Source of the DNA: a virus
IMG/VR virus record: IMGVR_UViG_3300044634_002252
Location: 1 to 64,000 of that record
Reading direction: 5' to 3' (one strand)
DNA length: 64,000 bases
The notes under the pieces were generated by a model that worked only from the letters and a program-made list of their open reading frames with translations, ran no database searches and was not told where the DNA came from. The translations under genes and the position numbers were made by a program. Every line of letters starts with the position of its first letter. Position 1 is the first letter of the stretch. This document shows, piece by piece, positions 8,087-16,646 of the stretch.

Positions 8087-8154
8087 ATTATACAGGGGCT
8101 ACTAGAGGATGTCAAGTGCTTGCACTTGTATTTAGCTCTATTTACCGCCGAACT
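8087..8154 (-). promoter_or_regulatory. repeated promoter cassette, copy 2
   Basis: AGTTCGGCG...AATACAAG...TTGACA-N17-TATAAT. Confidence 0.8.
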
Positions 8155-8166
8155 TTATGGCGAATC

Positions 8167-9213
8167 TTAGCCAGTTTTTCTTGTAGCCTTTGTAACAGAA
8201 GTTTGCCTCAAACTCCTATTTGTTGGACGTTGGACATTAGCGATGAAGTCTTCAAACTTTTCCAACTCTTGAGACTGACGGTCCTGTAGCCATTCGGCCC
8301 TGGCCCTGGCAGCTTCACTGTAAGCCTGATAGTTGCTCTCTATAAGCTCTATTCCCCTAGCTGTTTCTTCTACGCTCGGACTAACCAAAACTGCCGCCTC
8401 TCCAATGCCCTCACGAACATGGGGGGTATCTACGTGAACGCAAGGTATTCCATAGCCAGCTGCCTCAATCGCAGACATTCCATAAGTTTCATACCTGGAT
8501 GGTACTAACAATATTCTTGTTTGCTCAAAATATTTATATACTTCTTCTGGTGGGACCCTGGGGTGCAGCTCTAAATTAGGTATTTCAGATGCTATTTCTT
8601 CTAAATCAGCAAGGCCGTGTGTTGGCTCAGCAGGCGATCTAACAACAATAAATCTTTTGTTGGGATATCTTTTTGCTAGCTCAATCACTACATTGATACC
8701 TTTGTTCAATAAAGAAGATAATACAGTATATGCATCACCATTAGTACTAATACTGTTAGGGATTTTGCTAATAGGTGGATGAAGGACTATGGCGTTTGGT
8801 TCTCCCCACTCTTTTGCAGAAGCCTCAGTATTGTATATGGCATAGTCGGCCTGAATAACTGCTTGCCTAATGCTTCTTCCATACTTTGGTGGGGCATGGA
8901 CGTTTATAATAGAGATGGCTCCCGCTGCTCTAGCGGCTAGCACTGCAGGAAGGGAGAGTTCGCTTTGACCTATTACAACTCTTGCATTAAGTTGCTTAAG
9001 CTGTTCGGCAATTGGCCCTGGACTTGAATTAATGTTTAGAACATTTGGAGTGTTTACTTGTTTTACCTTTACGCCCTCGAAAGAGTAGTCTTTTTCTGTA
9101 CTAGTAAGAACAACAACTTCTTCTTTTAATGATGCCAAAGTTCTATGTAGAGATACTTCTCCGCCCATGTTCCAAAGTGGAGGGTATCCATGAGATATTC
9201 CAACAATGGTCAT
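8167..9213 (-). CDS. GT4 (GT-B) glycosyltransferase
   Basis: HGYPP..GGE, KGI, LLVPSRYETYGMSAIEAAGYGIP. Confidence 0.85.
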   Translation of the reverse strand: MTIVGISHGYPPLWNMGGEVSLHRTLASLKEEVVVLTSTEKDYSFEGVKVKQVNTPNVLNINSSPGPIAEQLKQLNARVVIGQSELSLPAVLAARAAGAISIINVHAPPKYGRSIRQAVIQADYAIYNTEASAKEWGEPNAIVLHPPISKIPNSISTNGDAYTVLSSLLNKGINVVIELAKRYPNKRFIVVRSPAEPTHGLADLEEIASEIPNLELHPRVPPEEVYKYFEQTRILLVPSRYETYGMSAIEAAGYGIPCVHVDTPHVREGIGEAAVLVSPSVEETARGIELIESNYQAYSEAARARAEWLQDRQSQELEKFEDFIANVQRPTNRSLRQTSVTKATRKTG

Positions 9214-9869
9214 TAGCTTTTATACCTTTCATGTCTTGTATTTATCCAAATTTGGTCTTGAAGGCTCCATCCCCACTGATAGCTAACGTTTGCCAAAGAA
9301 AATCCAAGATCTTGCATGACATTCATAACTTTTAAATTATTTGAAGGCTCTCCCCAAGCTTTTCTTTCTGGGGTTTCAGTCTCTATGTGAGCCAAAAGAA
9401 CATCATGCATCCTTTCACCCATACCAGAAATAACTGGGACAGACTGACCTTCAACATCAATTTTTAAAATGTCTATGGTTCCTGAAGGGATAATTATATC
9501 TAGTCTGGTTACTGGAACAGTAATTATTGCGTTTGGTGTTGCATAAGCAGTTTGTCTTTCCATCATTAAAGAAGATGATCCAGAAAACTCTTCTTCCGTC
9601 ATTTCAACAAACTTAGAGCTTCCGACAAAGTCAGATACTGCTGTAGCAAAAACTAAAAAGTTTGGATATTTTTCTTGGATAGCTTCGGCTGCGTTCTTTC
9701 TTGCTTCTACACAAATAACCTGAACATCTTCTTTAGCAGGCAGCCTTTCTAAAATCCATTGTGCATCATCGCCATCTCTAGATCCTGCGTCAACAATCTT
9801 AGAAATTGGGCCGTCAAAATACTTTTGATATTCTTCAACAATAGGCTGAAGCCAAATGCCACTATCCAT
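9213..9869 (-). CDS. FkbM-family methyltransferase
   Basis: IVDAGSRDG, VTRLD, DILKIDVEG. Confidence 0.85.
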   Translation of the reverse strand: MDSGIWLQPIVEEYQKYFDGPISKIVDAGSRDGDDAQWILERLPAKEDVQVICVEARKNAAEAIQEKYPNFLVFATAVSDFVGSSKFVEMTEEEFSGSSSLMMERQTAYATPNAIITVPVTRLDIIIPSGTIDILKIDVEGQSVPVISGMGERMHDVLLAHIETETPERKAWGEPSNNLKVMNVMQDLGFSLANVSYQWGWSLQDQIWINTRHERYKS

Positions 9870-10542
9870 TATTATTTCTCAAGGCTTGTTTAGCAATCTG
9901 CAAGCCCTCTCCGTCTCTCCAAGTTTCAAATGCTAGCCTATCATCTTCACGTTTTTTCTTATCGTTTGCTTCTTGATAAGTCTTGTCGTCAGGGGCTGCT
10001 TTGTTCCAACGATGTAGGTGGCTTAGTTTTACCTCTGGAAGATAAATAAACTCAGTTAGCTTTCCTAGCTCTCTCCAGGCATTGTCAAGAAATAGATGTC
10101 TGCTTGTTGGCAGTCCTAGCCAACCCAAACGACGGTACATCTCCATAGGAACCACAACGTGTGTTGGCAGATCTTGACCGTGCAAGTGCTCTAATCCATC
10201 ACTACCGTATACCACACCAAGCTCAGGAAGGGCTTTTACCATTGCTTCATCCCATCCAACTGTTTCTGGAAGAACATCATCTCCGAGAATCGCAACGTGC
10301 GTAAAGTCTTCTCTAGAGGCTATTTCTGCCAATTCATTTAAAGATGCTGTAAAGAATATTCTTGGGCCAGTGAAATACCTAACTTTTTCCAGGGCTGGAT
10401 AGGCAGACTTATCATCTTGGTCTATTCTTGCAAGAATTTCGTAATCTAATTTACAGGTTTCTTTTACAGCTTTTGCAAGTCTTTCTAGGTTGTGTGGTCT
10501 GCCACGTGTGGGCACGGTAATTGCCAATTTAATTTTAGTCAT
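9862..10542 (-). CDS. GT2-like (GT-A) glycosyltransferase
   Basis: ITVPTRGRP, LGDDV, GWD. Confidence 0.75.
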   Translation of the reverse strand: MTKIKLAITVPTRGRPHNLERLAKAVKETCKLDYEILARIDQDDKSAYPALEKVRYFTGPRIFFTASLNELAEIASREDFTHVAILGDDVLPETVGWDEAMVKALPELGVVYGSDGLEHLHGQDLPTHVVVPMEMYRRLGWLGLPTSRHLFLDNAWRELGKLTEFIYLPEVKLSHLHRWNKAAPDDKTYQEANDKKKREDDRLAFETWRDGEGLQIAKQALRNNNG

Positions 10543-10589
10543 ATTTTCAGTATACCATGGTCCTTTCAGCTTTATGCTATAATTTACCT

Positions 10590-10703
10590 ATGTCAGGTAA
10601 GAAAACTAAGGGCGAACGTAATTCAAATCGCCAGAACGGCAAGGCTCAAAAGAAGCATCCTAAAATGTTTGACCCAGCCAAGCGTCGTTTGGTCAAAGCT
10701 TAA
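10590..10703 (+). CDS. 37-aa basic peptide (not in ORF track)
   Basis: TATAAT-N6-ATG; MSGKKTKGERNSNRQNGKAQKKHPKMFDPAKRRLVKA. Confidence 0.6.
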   Translation: MSGKKTKGERNSNRQNGKAQKKHPKMFDPAKRRLVKA

Positions 10704-10798
10704 TCTATTAGAATCTCTTCTAAAATTTCAGCCAGTTCAAGATCTTCAAGGTCTTTGTCTGTATAGCCTTCAGCGTGTAGGCTTGCCATTTTAGCCAT
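10700..10798 (-). CDS. 32-aa acidic peptide (not in ORF track)
   Basis: MAKMASLHAEGYTDKDLEDLELAEILEEILID at end of minus operon. Confidence 0.5.
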   Translation of the reverse strand: MAKMASLHAEGYTDKDLEDLELAEILEEILID

Positions 10799-10812
10799 GG
10801 TGCATCTCTTTT

Positions 10813-11034
10813 CTAAACCTTAGCATCTTCTCTCCAATGTAAATAAGATCTAATATACACTGCAGCGTAGGCTACAGCAGATACTATAAATCCATACTGC
10901 TCTGTAATGATAGCATATGCTACCCAAAGAGTTTCATTAAACAAGAGGACAAGCCAGCCCCAAATGGTTTTCTTTCCAACAAAGTAAATGCCAGATACAC
11001 CAATGGCAGCGAGAATCCATGACCAATACTCCAC
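10813..11034 (-). CDS. PnuC-like small membrane protein
   Basis: Three TM segments, KKTIWGW, Y..W at C-terminus. Confidence 0.6.
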   Translation of the reverse strand: MEYWSWILAAIGVSGIYFVGKKTIWGWLVLLFNETLWVAYAIITEQYGFIVSAVAYAAVYIRSYLHWREDAKV

Positions 11035-11036
11035 GG

Positions 11037-11231
11037 CTACCCCTTATGCCAGATCTCTACACCCATGAACAGGTTGAAGATTTCAAGACTAATAGATCTA
11101 TCATAGAAATTGACTGCAGCAGCAATTCCCCAATGATCTGTTCTACCTGCGTATATGCAAATAGTATTAAAGATTACGATGGACCCAGAAAGTCCCCAGG
11201 AACTTTTGTCAAATCTAATCCACTTGCTCAT
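11037..11231 (-). CDS. hypothetical protein
   Basis: ORF in operon. Confidence 0.55.
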   Translation of the reverse strand: MSKWIRFDKSSWGLSGSIVIFNTICIYAGRTDHWGIAAAVNFYDRSISLEIFNLFMGVEIWHKG

Positions 11232-11581
11232 TTTATAATCTCCCTTATTTTAGCAAACATAGTTTCTTGATATAGCGGTGTTCTTGTTGCATGAGACTGA
11301 TCCTCTAGTTTTTTGATACCTTGCAAAATCCTATATCGCTCATCCAATGTTCCAGCCTGGTATCCAAGATTATAATCTTCCATGTCATCATCGTCCAAGA
11401 AGCTGTCGTCGTCAAACATATCTTCATCGATAGCATCTAAAACTGGCAAAAGATAGCCACCACCACGAAGGTAGTCGTCTCCACCATCGATAAAGGATTT
11501 ACCACACTTACACTTTACAAAGTCATGCCTATGCTTAGACTCTATGATGTCCTCACACTCTAAACACTGGCCCCTACTCAT
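11228..11581 (-). CDS. zinc-binding phage protein fused to a GYxAG..ER.RI domain
   Basis: CLEC..IESKHRHDFVKCKCG..IDGG. Confidence 0.7.
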   Translation of the reverse strand: MSRGQCLECEDIIESKHRHDFVKCKCGKSFIDGGDDYLRGGGYLLPVLDAIDEDMFDDDSFLDDDDMEDYNLGYQAGTLDERYRILQGIKKLEDQSHATRTPLYQETMFAKIREIIK

Positions 11582-11597
11582 ACCACTACTTCGCTAT

Positions 11598-11915
11598 CTA
11601 AAAACCGTCTTTTTCCAAAGACTCTTGGTATGCTTCTTCTGAGTAGTCTATCTTTATTGGAATTATAATTTCTTTAATTTTAGATAGTGTGATGGCTTCG
11701 CCGCCTCGTCCAGATTCCATAGCCCACTTGATGTGAGTATCTAAAATAAACTGTATTCTTGACTGCTCAGCTGAGATTCCCTCAGAAAACTTCTCTGGAT
11801 CCTGCTCTAGCAGATTAGCAGCCTCATAGCCAGTGTCATAGCCATCGTTCCAGCCATCCTGGTATGAGCTAAGTACTTCTTGCTTTATTAGCTTCTTTAT
11901 TTTTTTTATTCCCAT
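11598..11915 (-). CDS. hypothetical protein, paralog of 6549..6827
   Basis: TTGACA-N17-TAAAAT-N6-ATG; shared sequence. Confidence 0.75.
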   Translation of the reverse strand: MGIKKIKKLIKQEVLSSYQDGWNDGYDTGYEAANLLEQDPEKFSEGISAEQSRIQFILDTHIKWAMESGRGGEAITLSKIKEIIIPIKIDYSEEAYQESLEKDGF

Positions 11916-11946
11916 AAATATATTTTATACTAAAGGAAGCAGGTTG

Positions 11947-12522
11947 TCAAGGCTTTTTGGGAAACTGAGAGATCCAATAAACAGTCTTATCAGTCATTCC
12001 TGCCCAGGCTGACCAGTTCTTTCCACCATCAGACATCTGATATGCAATCTCAGCATTACGAACTGGATCAAATAGATCCTTGTTTGATTCTAGCTCATAC
12101 TTTTCTAGCCTAGCAGGACCTAGACTGCCAATCATATTAATCTGGAATAGTCCATAGGAGTTGTCCCCCGTATCACTGTTTTTATTATGTGATCTTGGCC
12201 TGCCAGTAGATTCCTTCATGGCTACCGCCCAAGCCTGGACCAATGCCTCTCCATGAAATCCAACGCTAGATAACATATCCCTCAAATCTACTGGAGAAAG
12301 CTGTTCATTTCTGGCATAGTCTTTTTTTTCAACCTCAACAATCTTGACACTCTCAAGCCTTGTAAAGCTAGGTGATACAGCCTCTGACGATATGCTCAAG
12401 TTTTGAGTATTGCTAGTATTATCTAGCATGGTTAGGCTAGTGATAACCATAAAAGCTATTCCAAGCAAAGAGTACGTGATAATTTTTTTAACAGGCTTAT
12501 CGCCTTCTACTTTATTAAACAT
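11947..12522 (-). CDS. membrane-anchored lysozyme-like/lytic transglycosylase protein
   Basis: N-terminal TM; AVAMKESTG, SYGLFQIN, DPVRNA, NWSAW; start set by leaderless promoter. Confidence 0.85.
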   Translation of the reverse strand: MFNKVEGDKPVKKIITYSLLGIAFMVITSLTMLDNTSNTQNLSISSEAVSPSFTRLESVKIVEVEKKDYARNEQLSPVDLRDMLSSVGFHGEALVQAWAVAMKESTGRPRSHNKNSDTGDNSYGLFQINMIGSLGPARLEKYELESNKDLFDPVRNAEIAYQMSDGGKNWSAWAGMTDKTVYWISQFPKKP

Positions 12523-12529
12523 AACGTTA

Positions 12530-12591
12530 ATTGTACACACAAAACAACAACCTGTCAAGAGCTTGACATTATCACCAAGTTTTGCTATTAT
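12530..12591. promoter_or_regulatory. back-to-back divergent leaderless promoters
   Basis: TGTCAAGAGCTTGACA gives two -35 boxes; TTGACA-N17-TACAAT (-) and TTGACA-N17-TATTAT (+). Confidence 0.75.
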
Positions 12592-12597
12592 GTAGCT

Positions 12598-12765
12598 ATG
12601 AAAGAATATGATAAAGAAAAAGTGCTGTTTGTAGAGGGTGCTAAAGAAGACCTTCAAATATTCCTTGCCACTGCTGGCAGAGATACTACAGAAAAAGAAT
12701 TAGAGGCTTGGCAAGTTGGTTACTTAGCTGGTGTCAATCGAGCGATGGGGATCCGTGGTGTCTAG
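12598..12765 (+). CDS. hypothetical 55-aa protein (not in ORF track)
   Basis: Leaderless start; TEKELEAWQVGYLAGVN shared with next gene. Confidence 0.7.
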   Translation: MKEYDKEKVLFVEGAKEDLQIFLATAGRDTTEKELEAWQVGYLAGVNRAMGIRGV

Positions 12766-12928
12766 GCAGCATAGGCGCAAGGCTGTACGAGAAACCAAAG
12801 TCCTTGTAGAGAAAGCAAAGAAAGCTATGGCTATTTGGATGACTAGCCTTGAAGAGATTCCAACAGAAAAAGAAGTTCGTGCATGGCAGGCTGGGTATGT
12901 TGCAGGGGTAAATCAACATGACAACTAA
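12758..12928 (+). CDS. hypothetical protein, tandem paralog
   Basis: TEKEVRAWQAGYVAGVN. Confidence 0.65.
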   Translation: MSRQHRRKAVRETKVLVEKAKKAMAIWMTSLEEIPTEKEVRAWQAGYVAGVNQHDN

Positions 12929-13328
12929 CTTCCAAGCTGAGTCCACTATATCTGGCAACAAGTTTGAGGATATAGTTTTGAACGATTTAAAAAGAATGGG
13001 CTTTAAGAATATTCAAAAAAGAATAGTCCTAGAAGATCTTGGAATTGAAGCTGACTTTGGTCACAAGAGCTATGCTGGCAATCAGGTTTATGTTGAAGCA
13101 AAGGGTGGCGAAGCTGGCTACAAGAAAAGACCAGGGGCCAGAAGAACTGACAGTGTAAAAAAAGCAATAGCAAATGGAGCCTTAATTAAGTCGCAGTATC
13201 CAGATGCTCAGTTTGTTATATATTTTTCCGAACTCCCCAAGCATGGCAGCTTTTCTCATAAGATGATTAAGAATGCCATTATTGCTGGCTATGTAGATGC
13301 GGTTAGGTATCTAATTAATCTCAAGTAA
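12918..13328 (+). CDS. PD-(D/E)xK endonuclease-like protein
   Basis: GNKFE, EADF, VEAKGG, RTDSVKKA. Confidence 0.7.
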   Translation: MTTNFQAESTISGNKFEDIVLNDLKRMGFKNIQKRIVLEDLGIEADFGHKSYAGNQVYVEAKGGEAGYKKRPGARRTDSVKKAIANGALIKSQYPDAQFVIYFSELPKHGSFSHKMIKNAIIAGYVDAVRYLINLK

Positions 13329-13377
13329 GCTTACCACTCTGAGTCAGGGCACTTGGAATGTGGTATATAATATTACT

Positions 13378-13638
13378 ATGACTCAAAAAGAGATTCTTGA
13401 AATTAACCTGCAGCGCTCTGATGTCACAGAGGAAATCCCAGCAGAGATTGATAAAATTTTATCGGAAGATCCAGAAATCATTTATACTAAATTAAATTAT
13501 GAGGATGATTCAAATCTTATAAAGAGCATAGTTAGCTCTAGTCAGCCAATAGCATCCCCATTTTTCTTGGCACTTCGTGATGGCAAGGTATTTAATTCGT
13601 TTACGAATCCAAGCCTTATAACTAATTCAGATATCTAA
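13378..13638 (+). CDS. hypothetical protein (degenerate thioredoxin-like fold?)
   Basis: Leaderless start; SPFFLALRDGKV, no CxxC. Confidence 0.5.
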   Translation: MTQKEILEINLQRSDVTEEIPAEIDKILSEDPEIIYTKLNYEDDSNLIKSIVSSSQPIASPFFLALRDGKVFNSFTNPSLITNSDI

Positions 13639-13658
13639 TCTATTGCCACAAAGGGCAA

Positions 13659-13826
13659 CTAAATAACTTCTGGCTCTTGACAGTGTAAACAAAAATAATT
13701 GTAGCCCTTTTCCTTTGGACCACCCAAGACAAGCTTATCTTCACGGGCTAGGAATATCTCATTACTGGTTGGCATACCATACCAAATTGGCACAAGGCCA
13801 GACTGACTACAAATCGAACATATCAT
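13659..13826 (-). CDS. small zinc-finger protein (not in ORF track)
   Basis: CSIC..LVPIWYGMP...LGG...CLHC; TAAAAT-N6-ATG. Confidence 0.65.
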   Translation of the reverse strand: MICSICSQSGLVPIWYGMPTSNEIFLAREDKLVLGGPKEKGYNYFCLHCQEPEVI

Positions 13827-13913
13827 GTATTAATTTTAGCATACATGCTAGGATTATGTGCTAGATTTGTGGCAAATTGATAATAAATTTTATAATAGTG
13901 ATAAAATGTTATT

Positions 13914-14195
13914 ATGACTATACATTCCCTAACCACACTTAGTAGCTCAACTGCTACTCGCCTAACTCCTCCTGGACTTCACTCTGGGATGGACATTACC
14001 ATTCAAAATGTTCACGAATCTGCTACCGTTTATGTTGGTGGAGAAGGTGTTACTTCCTCTAACTACGGATACCGCCTTCTAGCTGGTAACGCCATCTCAT
14101 TTGAACTTCCAGGAAGGGATGCCCTTTATGCAATCACATCTACCAACAACTCTCAGGTTGCTATCATTAAGACAAATCTGGAAGCTGGTAACTAG
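13914..14195 (+). CDS. small beta-rich virion-associated-like protein
   Basis: IQN..VYVGG.GVT..NYGY.L pattern; precedes collagen-like gene. Confidence 0.65.
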   Translation: MTIHSLTTLSSSTATRLTPPGLHSGMDITIQNVHESATVYVGGEGVTSSNYGYRLLAGNAISFELPGRDALYAITSTNNSQVAIIKTNLEAGN

Positions 14196-15478
14196 TGGCT
14201 AGGTTTAGTGGCAGCTCTGGTAGTGGAGAAGGTACCGTAGGACCACAAGGGCCTGCAGGTGCTGACGGTGCAGACGGAGCTGATGGTGCTGACGCTCTAT
14301 GGAGCTTTGAAGGCGAATGGGTAAATGGAGTTGACTATGCTCCTGGATCTGTAGTCCAGCTTGAAGGATCATCTTACTACCACCCAGATGGTCAGTTTTC
14401 TTCATATGCCCCTCCAGGATATGGTTGGCTCTTGGTGTCTGCCAAGGGTGCAGATGGAGCAGACGGTGCCGATGGTACTAACGGTAGCCCAGGACTTGTC
14501 TATTTAGGTAACTATGTTTCAGGCAACGGATACCTTGCAAACGTTGCTGTTGTAAAGGGAAGCGATGACAATCTGTACATTGCAACATCAAGCGGTGGAC
14601 TAAGCGATCCAGTTGGAAATAGTGCAGAGTGGAGCATCTTCCTACCAAAGGGTGCCCCAGGTGCTGATGGAGAAGATGCAGTTCTTCCACAGGATTTGTC
14701 AACAACAGACAGCCCAACATTTAGCAAGATCATACTTACAAACAACGGCACAATAGACAATATAACAATTGGCGATGATGTACTCCTCGGTGACGGAAAT
14801 GTTGCAAACCACCTAGTAATTGTTGGAAATCAAGATGCAACGCAGGGTGGTATTGTTCTTGGTAATAATAAAACTGAACAGGTTTCATCAGATGGATCTA
14901 ATTTAAATCTTGAAGCAGACAATGATATTATTCTTTACCCAGGAAGTTCATATGCCTATGTTGGTACACCGACTGTTGGTGGGGAAACAAGAATTGCTAC
15001 ACGTGGAGATCTTAGTGCTGCATCAACTACATTGTTTGAATCAGTTAGATACACTCCAACATTTACCGCAACTGGTTTAACATTTACTGGAACAGGTGCA
15101 ACTCATCCTACCTATAACTCTTACTATGTCAAGGCAGGTAAATTAGTTAGCTTTGTTATTGAGGTTGACCTATCTACCGTGACAAATTTCGGAACTGGAC
15201 AGTACAAACTACAGCTTCCGTTTACTCCAGCGGTTGGATTTAACCACTTTACTGGTTGGGCCTGGGCTGACCCAGATGTGGACCCAGATACTGGAACTGG
15301 GCACACAATTATTAATGCTGATACTGCAGGAGTCACTGACGTTCTAGATTTGCACTACCTTAAGTCAGCAGGTGGTGCTAATGCTCCAATTAGAGAGGGC
15401 CTATTTGTCCAGGGTACACCAGTAACACTGTCAACCATTAGCAAAATTTACATTAACGGTACTTACATAGCTGCTTAA
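14195..15478 (+). CDS. collagen-like fibre / putative receptor-binding protein
   Basis: GADGAD Gly-X-Y runs, carbohydrate-binding-like W/Y modules, fibre-tip-like C-terminus. Confidence 0.75.
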   Translation: MARFSGSSGSGEGTVGPQGPAGADGADGADGADALWSFEGEWVNGVDYAPGSVVQLEGSSYYHPDGQFSSYAPPGYGWLLVSAKGADGADGADGTNGSPGLVYLGNYVSGNGYLANVAVVKGSDDNLYIATSSGGLSDPVGNSAEWSIFLPKGAPGADGEDAVLPQDLSTTDSPTFSKIILTNNGTIDNITIGDDVLLGDGNVANHLVIVGNQDATQGGIVLGNNKTEQVSSDGSNLNLEADNDIILYPGSSYAYVGTPTVGGETRIATRGDLSAASTTLFESVRYTPTFTATGLTFTGTGATHPTYNSYYVKAGKLVSFVIEVDLSTVTNFGTGQYKLQLPFTPAVGFNHFTGWAWADPDVDPDTGTGHTIINADTAGVTDVLDLHYLKSAGGANAPIREGLFVQGTPVTLSTISKIYINGTYIAA

Positions 15479-15493
15479 CGGAGGCAACGCCTT

Positions 15494-15694
15494 ATGGATA
15501 ATCCTAATGAAATAGATATGGATATCTCCAAAAATATCGACGGTATCGATCCAATGACCGTTGAATTAATTAGAATGTCTGAAAGAATTAAGCTTTTCTC
15601 TAAGCTTCGTAATCTTATTTATGAAAAGCAATATGAGAATGACCATGTTGCTGAAGAAGTACTTGGCTGGGCATACGAAAGATTATCTGATTAG
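15494..15694 (+). CDS. hypothetical protein
   Basis: RBS GGAGG, ORF. Confidence 0.65.
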   Translation: MDNPNEIDMDISKNIDGIDPMTVELIRMSERIKLFSKLRNLIYEKQYENDHVAEEVLGWAYERLSD

Positions 15695-15737
15695 CCCTAC
15701 CCCTTGATTTTTACCACAACTTAAGGTAAAATAATGT

Positions 15738-15890
15738 ATGGAAGATTTCCTAAAAGAAATAAAAGAAATATCTCAAAAGCTTGACGCCATTGAGATAGAG
15801 TTATTTATGAACCAAGAAGCTGCCGAGTCTATAGAAATGGATCTTAGATTTTTAAAAGCACAATTAGATTATGAAACTGAGGGGCAGTAG
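15738..15890 (+). CDS. hypothetical 50-aa protein overlapping tRNA 5' end
   Basis: TTGATT-N17-TAAAAT-N5-ATG; coiled-coil-like. Confidence 0.5.
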   Translation: MEDFLKEIKEISQKLDAIEIELFMNQEAAESIEMDLRFLKAQLDYETEGQ

Positions 15891-15954
15891 CTCAGCTGGT
15901 TAGAGCAGCGGACTCATAATCCGTCGGTCACGGGTTCAAGTCCCGTCTGCCCCA
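15881..15954 (+). tRNA. tRNA-CAT, probably Ile2 (lysidine-modified)
   Basis: Cloverleaf GGGGCAG/CTGCCCC, anticodon arm GCGGA-CTCATAA-TCCGT, TTCAA loop; no initiator features. Confidence 0.85.
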
Positions 15955-15955
15955 C

Positions 15956-16028
15956 GTCCCTGTATCCCAATGGCAGAGGAAGTGGACTTAAAATCCATTC
16001 AGTGTCAGTTCGAGTCTGACTAGGGACA
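15956..16028 (+). tRNA. tRNA-Leu(TAA), short variable loop
   Basis: GTCCCTG/TAGGGAC, GTGGA-CTTAAAA-TCCAT, TTCGA loop. Confidence 0.85.
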
Positions 16029-16049
16029 CAAATAGTGTATAATAAAACT

Positions 16050-16646
16050 ATGAGCATAAACGCATGGGGAAGCATTAGCCCAAGACGCAGAGAAAGAATG
16101 CAGAGGCTATCTCCAGAGACTGCTGTCCAAGCTACCAAAGATAAGGTAGAGGACCAGATGCGCAAGCGCTATGAGGCACAAGAAGCTAAACGTGCACCAA
16201 AAATTCAGGTAGATCAAAAGATTATCCTTTGGACCTGGCTTATTGGAATCTTAGCTGCATTCATATCTTCTGCTGTAGTGTCTTTTAATGGGATTACTTC
16301 TGTGGCTGCTTTTGTTGGGTTATCTCAATCTTGGATGGCTGGATTGTTCTTTTTCTTTATTGAGCTTATGTACCTACTGTTCCTTGTTGCTTACTTAGTT
16401 TTGGCTTCTCGTATTGATGAAGATGGGAAGAAGGAAAAGACTGGCGGTGCACTAATTGGAATGATTGCCTTCGGCGCTATTGCTGTTCTTGCTAATGCGT
16501 TCCATACCTTTGATTTTTGGGAATGGGATTATCTTGAGCCAAGGATGTGGGCTGGAACAGTTCTAAGTATTGCTGCTCCAATTGCAATCATTGCTGCATC
16601 TAAAATGGCTTCAAGAGTTGTGTTTGCAAAAGCTATCAAGCTTTAG
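16050..16646 (+). CDS. four-TM membrane protein (DUF2637-like)
   Basis: Four hydrophobic helices; TATAAT-N6-ATG. Confidence 0.7.
   Translation: MSINAWGSISPRRRERMQRLSPETAVQATKDKVEDQMRKRYEAQEAKRAPKIQVDQKIILWTWLIGILAAFISSAVVSFNGITSVAAFVGLSQSWMAGLFFFFIELMYLLFLVAYLVLASRIDEDGKKEKTGGALIGMIAFGAIAVLANAFHTFDFWEWDYLEPRMWAGTVLSIAAPIAIIAASKMASRVVFAKAIKL

Noticed and set aside
15881-15954. Initiator tRNA-fMet
   Set aside because: 1:72 is paired and the three consecutive G-C anticodon-stem pairs are absent
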